Shown here: positions 60,139 to 64,000 of the stretch, one piece after another
Numbering within the stretch: position 1 is the first letter of the stretch
Layout of the letters: each line of letters opens with the position of its first letter
Origin: an uncultured delta proteobacterium
GTDB taxonomy: Bacteria > Myxococcota > Myxococcia > SLRQ01
Direction of reading: 5' to 3'
Assembly: GCA_963727485.1 (NCBI GenBank)
Contig: CAVSGM010000009.1
Coordinates: 64,001 to 128,000, forward strand
DNA: 64,000 nt
The notes under the pieces: generated by a model
The model's database searches: none
Seen by the model: only the letters and a program-made list of their open reading frames with translations
What the model was told of the DNA's origin: nothing
Position numbers and translations under genes: made by a program

Positions 60139-61560
60139 ATGCGCCCCAGCCTCGCCCTCGCCGCCAGCTTCGCGGCCAGCCTCCTCGCCGCCTGCAGCGG
60201 GACCGGCCTCGGCACCACCACCGGCTCGGTCGCCACCGATGGATCGGTCGCCCTCGCCTCCACGCCCCTCGAGGCCACCACCCTCCCGGCCGGCGCCGAC
60301 CTCTCGACCCCGCCCGGCGCGACCCTCTACTTCGGCCCCGACTGGAAGCAGACCCTCTCGGACAGCCTCTACGGCGGCGCCACGATCCAGGTCGAGGCCG
60401 GCCCCTCGCGCTTCCCCCGGTGCGGCATCAGCGGCACCGTGACCGTGAGCGCGCGCCTCGACGACGGGCGCGTCCTCCAGGCGGTCCTGGACCAGCGGAC
60501 CACCTGGTGGGCCGCGGGCGCCCTGACGATCCCCACCGGCACCCACGCGATGGACCTCTGGCTCCGCTCCGAGCGCGCCGACGGCTGCGTGGAGTACGAC
60601 AGCGCCTTCGGGAAGAACTATCCGTTCGCGGTCCACACCTGGGCGCCGACCGAGGTCCACTTCAACGCCGACTGGTCCGAGCGCGCCGACGGCCCGCTGG
60701 TGGCCGGCGGCGCGCTGGTGGTGGACTACGCCATGGCGCGGCTGCCCACGTGCAGGGGCGTCTACCAGGACCTGCCGACCTGGGACATCCTCGCGCACCT
60801 GCGCTTCGACACCGGCGAGGAGCTGACCCAGACCGTCCTCGACTGGAACGCGCCCGGCGGCGTGCGCCGGACCGCCGCCCCCGGCCTCGCGGTGTTCCCC
60901 ATCCCCGAGGGTGCCCGCCACGTGTCGCTGTGGTTCGAGAACAGCGAGTGGACCCCGGGCTACCCGCTCCCCGCCGGCTGCCCCGGGTGGGACAGCAACT
61001 ACGGCAAGAACTACGGCTACGACGTCGCGCCCCCGGCCCCGAAGGTCGGGTGGGCCGGCAACTTCGACTTCGTGACCTTCCACCGCGCCCCCGCCACGGA
61101 GCTCGGCGACGTCGACCCGGCCTACTACTTCGACAGCTACGCCGGCAGCGAGCTGTCCACCTGGGTGGAGGCCCAGGTCTGGATCCCCGGCGTCACCGAC
61201 CGGTCCTACGGGTCCGCCGACGCCGCCGCCAAGGCCGCATCCAGCCTCATCCAGGCCCGCGCCGTCACCGACGCCCTGGCCGGGGAGGTGGGCGGCTGGG
61301 GCACCTTCCCGCTCCGGTTCGTGCGCCAGCAGGGCCACGACTTCGTCTACGCCTTCGACTTCTGGAAGCTGCGCTACGCCACCTACGTCGACGCCCCGAT
61401 CACCACGGGCCTCTACCACTACTACTTCCGGTTCTCGACGGACCACGGCGCCACCTGGACCTCCGCGGGCGACGACGCCGGCGGGGCGCGCCGGTTCGTG
61501 GTGGCGCCGGCCCTCGACTGCACGCTCTTCCCGGACCACGCCCCGCCGGGCTGCCCCTGA
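60139..61560 (+). CDS. Lipoprotein with two DUF6209-like domains
   Basis: Lipobox LAAC; duplicated FxxDW...R.PxCG...LW(F/L)...(Y/W)DSx(F/Y)GKNY motif; GGAGG SD. Confidence 0.75.
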   Translation: MRPSLALAASFAASLLAACSGTGLGTTTGSVATDGSVALASTPLEATTLPAGADLSTPPGATLYFGPDWKQTLSDSLYGGATIQVEAGPSRFPRCGISGTVTVSARLDDGRVLQAVLDQRTTWWAAGALTIPTGTHAMDLWLRSERADGCVEYDSAFGKNYPFAVHTWAPTEVHFNADWSERADGPLVAGGALVVDYAMARLPTCRGVYQDLPTWDILAHLRFDTGEELTQTVLDWNAPGGVRRTAAPGLAVFPIPEGARHVSLWFENSEWTPGYPLPAGCPGWDSNYGKNYGYDVAPPAPKVGWAGNFDFVTFHRAPATELGDVDPAYYFDSYAGSELSTWVEAQVWIPGVTDRSYGSADAAAKAASSLIQARAVTDALAGEVGGWGTFPLRFVRQQGHDFVYAFDFWKLRYATYVDAPITTGLYHYYFRFSTDHGATWTSAGDDAGGARRFVVAPALDCTLFPDHAPPGCP

Positions 61561-61652
61561 TCCGGCGACGCGCCCCCGACCGGGCGGGCGAAACCGGGTA
61601 TCATCCGGCCTCCGGCCCGGGGGCATCCATCCCACGGCCCGGGGGGAGGACC

Positions 61653-62692
61653 ATGAGCGAGCACACCACCGGGGGCGCCGGCTGCGCCCTCCACCCAGAG
61701 GCGGCGGCCCTCTCGGTCTGCGACCGGTGCGGCGCCTACATGTGCGACGCCTGCAGCGAAGGCGGCCAGCAGCGCCTCTGCCCCACCTGCCGGGCCCGGA
61801 CCGGCGACGCGGCCTTCCCCCTGCGGCGCGACGCCTGGAGCCTCGACGCCCTCTTCGGCATCGCCTGGCAGGGCTTCATCCGGAACATCGGGGCAGCTCA
61901 TCGCCGGCTTCGCCATCCTGGCGGGGGTCCTCATACGTGAGGCCTCGTCTATGTCCCCAGATGGTCTTGATACCGCAGCACCGTCCAGGACCCCAAGGTG
62001 CGGATCAGCCCATCATCGCCGTGGGCCTGATGCTGGTGACCGTGGTGGATCGTCATCGTGGCCATCGGCCTGTGCTGGGCTTGCTGGACATGGCCTTCGA
62101 CGCCGTCGACGGCCAGCCGGTGCGCGTCGAGACCGTCTTCTGGCACGTTCGACAAGCTGTGGAAGCTACGTGGTCCTTCCTCATCGCCTACCTCGGGGTG
62201 GTCTCCCTCGTCCCGGCCTGTGCTGCTTCGAGGGCCTGATGATCCTCGGGGCCGTCGCTCTCGCCACCCAAGGGCAGACGTCGCCGGCAGTCGTCGCCCG
62301 TCGCTGGGCGCCGTGGCCGCGTTCGTGGGCATCCTCTGGATCGCCCTGCCCCTCTACTTCGCCCCCTTCGAGCTGGCCCTCGACGACGACTGCGGCCCCT
62401 CGAGGTCTTCGGCCGCGTTTCACCCTGGCCCGGGGCAAGCGCTGGGCCACCCTGGGCGTGGGGCTTCCTCTCCGGGCGCAAAATGATCGCCGGCCTGTTC
62501 ACCTGCGGCGTCGGGCTCCTGGCCACCCTGCCCTTCGCGGCGGTCCTCTTCAGCGGCCTCTACCTCACCTTTCGCAACGGCTCGGGCCTCCCGCCCCCGG
62601 CGCGCCGGGGCAAGCGCGCCCGGGCCGAGGTCCCCCCGTCCCCACCGGGACCCATCGCCGCCCGCCCCGCGCCGCCGCCGGCCATCGAGTAG
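61653..62692 (+). pseudogene. B-box-like zinc finger + multi-pass membrane protein, copy 1, broken by many frameshifts (pseudogene or poorly polished sequence)
   Basis: CALHPE..CDRCGAYMCDAC..LCPTC; fragments in several frames match copy 2; same C-terminal LTFRNGSGLP motif. Confidence 0.62.
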
Positions 62693-62778
62693 CGCGCCCT
62701 GCCAGGGGCAGCGGAACCCGGTATCATCCGACCTCCGGCCCTGGGGGCATCCTACCCTCGGCGGCCGGGGGGAGGACC

Positions 62779-63765
62779 ATGAGCGAGCACACCACCGGGG
62801 GCGCCGGCTGCGCCTTCCACCCCAGAGGCGGCGGCCCGCGCGGTCTGCGATCGGTGCGGCGCCTACATGTGCGACGCCTGCACCGAAGGCGGCCAGAAGC
62901 GCCTCTGCCCCACCTGCCGGGCCCGGACCGGCGACGCGGCCTTCCCCCTGCGGCGCGACGCCTGGAGCCTCGACGCCCTCTTCGGGATCGCCTGGCGGGC
63001 CTTCACCCGGGGCGGCCTGCAGATCATCGTGGGGTTCCTCATCCTCGAGGCCGTCTACGTGGCCGTGGCCTTCATACCGCAGCTCCTCCTCCCCGCCCTG
63101 GTGCGGGGGCACCCCAGCTCGCCGTGGGCCTGATGCTCGCCGTCACCCTGGTCGACGTCATCGTGGTCATGGGCCTGTTGCTGGGCCTGCTGGACATGAC
63201 CTTCGACGCCCTCGACGGCCAGGCGGTGCGCGTCGAGACCCTCTTCTGGCACTTCGGGAAGCTCGGGCGGCTCCTGGTGCTCCTCCTGATCGTCGGGGTG
63301 GTCGCCATCCTCCCCATGGGCGCCTTCGAGGGCCTGGTGATCCTCGCCGTCTATCTCGGCACCCACGGGCAGACGGCCCTGGCGGTGGGCGCCGGCGTCG
63401 CCTCGGTCGCCGCCCTGGTGGGGAGCATGTGGCTCCTCCTGGCGGTGAGCTTCGCCCAGTTCGAGCTCGCCCTCGACGACGACGTGGGCGCGCTCGAGGC
63501 GCTGCAGCGCGCGTTCACCCTGGCCCGGGGCAAGCGCTGGACCATCCTCGGCGTCGGCTTCCTCGCCGGGCTCACGGGGATGGCGGGGATGCTCCTGTGT
63601 GGCATCGGGATGCTGGCGAGCATGCCCTTCGCCTACCTGGTGATGTCGGGGCTCTTCCTCACCCTGCGCAACGGCTCGGGCCTCCCGGACCCGGTGCGAC
63701 GCGGGAAGCGCGCCCGGGACGGGGTGGTGCCGACGCCGGTCCCGCCGCCCGCGCCGGGCCTCTAG
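62779..63765 (+). CDS. B-box-like zinc finger + multi-pass membrane protein, copy 2 (about 328 aa; +1 and -1 indels in C-runs at about 62821 and 63115)
   Basis: Same N-terminus as copy 1; hydrophobic helices; GALEALQRAFTLARGKRW..GMLLCGIG pattern (DUF975-like). Confidence 0.7.
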   Translation: MSEHTTGGAGCAFHPRGGGPRGLRSVRRLHVRRLHRRRPEAPLPHLPGPDRRRGLPPAARRLEPRRPLRDRLAGLHPGRPADHRGVPHPRGRLRGRGLHTAAPPPRPGAGAPQLAVGLMLAVTLVDVIVVMGLLLGLLDMTFDALDGQAVRVETLFWHFGKLGRLLVLLLIVGVVAILPMGAFEGLVILAVYLGTHGQTALAVGAGVASVAALVGSMWLLLAVSFAQFELALDDDVGALEALQRAFTLARGKRWTILGVGFLAGLTGMAGMLLCGIGMLASMPFAYLVMSGLFLTLRNGSGLPDPVRRGKRARDGVVPTPVPPPAPGL

Positions 63766-64000
63766 GACTTCCCGCCCCGGTCGTGGCGCTGGGACCGCCT
63801 GCGGCCCCGGCCCTTCTTCTCCTTGCCGGCCACCGCGGCGCCCACCCGCAGCACCTCGTCCATCTCGCCGGTCTCGCCCAGGCCCATCTGGGTCTGCTTG
63901 AGGGCGTGGAGCCGGTCGCGGTACTCGGCCGCCTTCTCGAACTCGAGCTTCTCGGCGGCGGCGCGCATCTGCTTCTGCAGCCGCGACACCGCCTCGTCGA
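63762..64000 (-). CDS. uvrB: Excinuclease ABC subunit B, C-terminal UVR domain (partial, window edge)
   Basis: LQKQMRAAAEKLEFEKAAEYRDRL UVR motif at a protein C-terminus, same strand as and upstream of uvrC. Confidence 0.75.
   Translation of the reverse strand, partial: DEAVSRLQKQMRAAAEKLEFEKAAEYRDRLHALKQTQMGLGETGEMDEVLRVGAAVAGKEKKGRGRRRSQRHDRGGKS

Overview
Very GC-rich bacterial DNA with a myxobacterial (Myxococcota-like) gene repertoire: five Hanks-type Ser/Thr kinases, FHA, PEGA, TPR, DUF3108, DUF6209 and many lipoproteins. About 41 protein-coding genes are supported. No rRNA, tRNA, CRISPR array or mobile element was recognised. Housekeeping genes include truD, an isocitrate/isopropylmalate dehydrogenase, an NhaC-family transporter, uvrC and the 3' end of uvrB. 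Highlights: (1) A 12-kb, tightly coupled eight-gene locus (33352-45299) with a RavA-like MoxR AAA+ ATPase, a degenerate vWA protein, two uncharacterised proteins, a TPR-HEAT protein and a TPR-kinase-pseudokinase, head-to-head with a TPR-FHA and TPR-kinase pair. It looks like a phosphorylation-wired variant of the MoxR-vWA ternary conflict systems. (2) A single gene of about 5,180 aa (10062-25618), split in the ORF track by four single-base indels, that fuses about 18 isopeptide-type DUF11-like repeats, two OmpA-like domains and a very large C-terminal beta-barrel. (3) A lipoprotein esterase whose alpha/beta-hydrolase halves are circularly permuted. (4) Six independent frameshifts that all convert GATC to GAATC/GATTC, most simply read as a sequencing-error footprint of GATC methylation. 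Several clear promoter and operator motifs are also visible. All family assignments come from motif recognition by eye; no database search was run.
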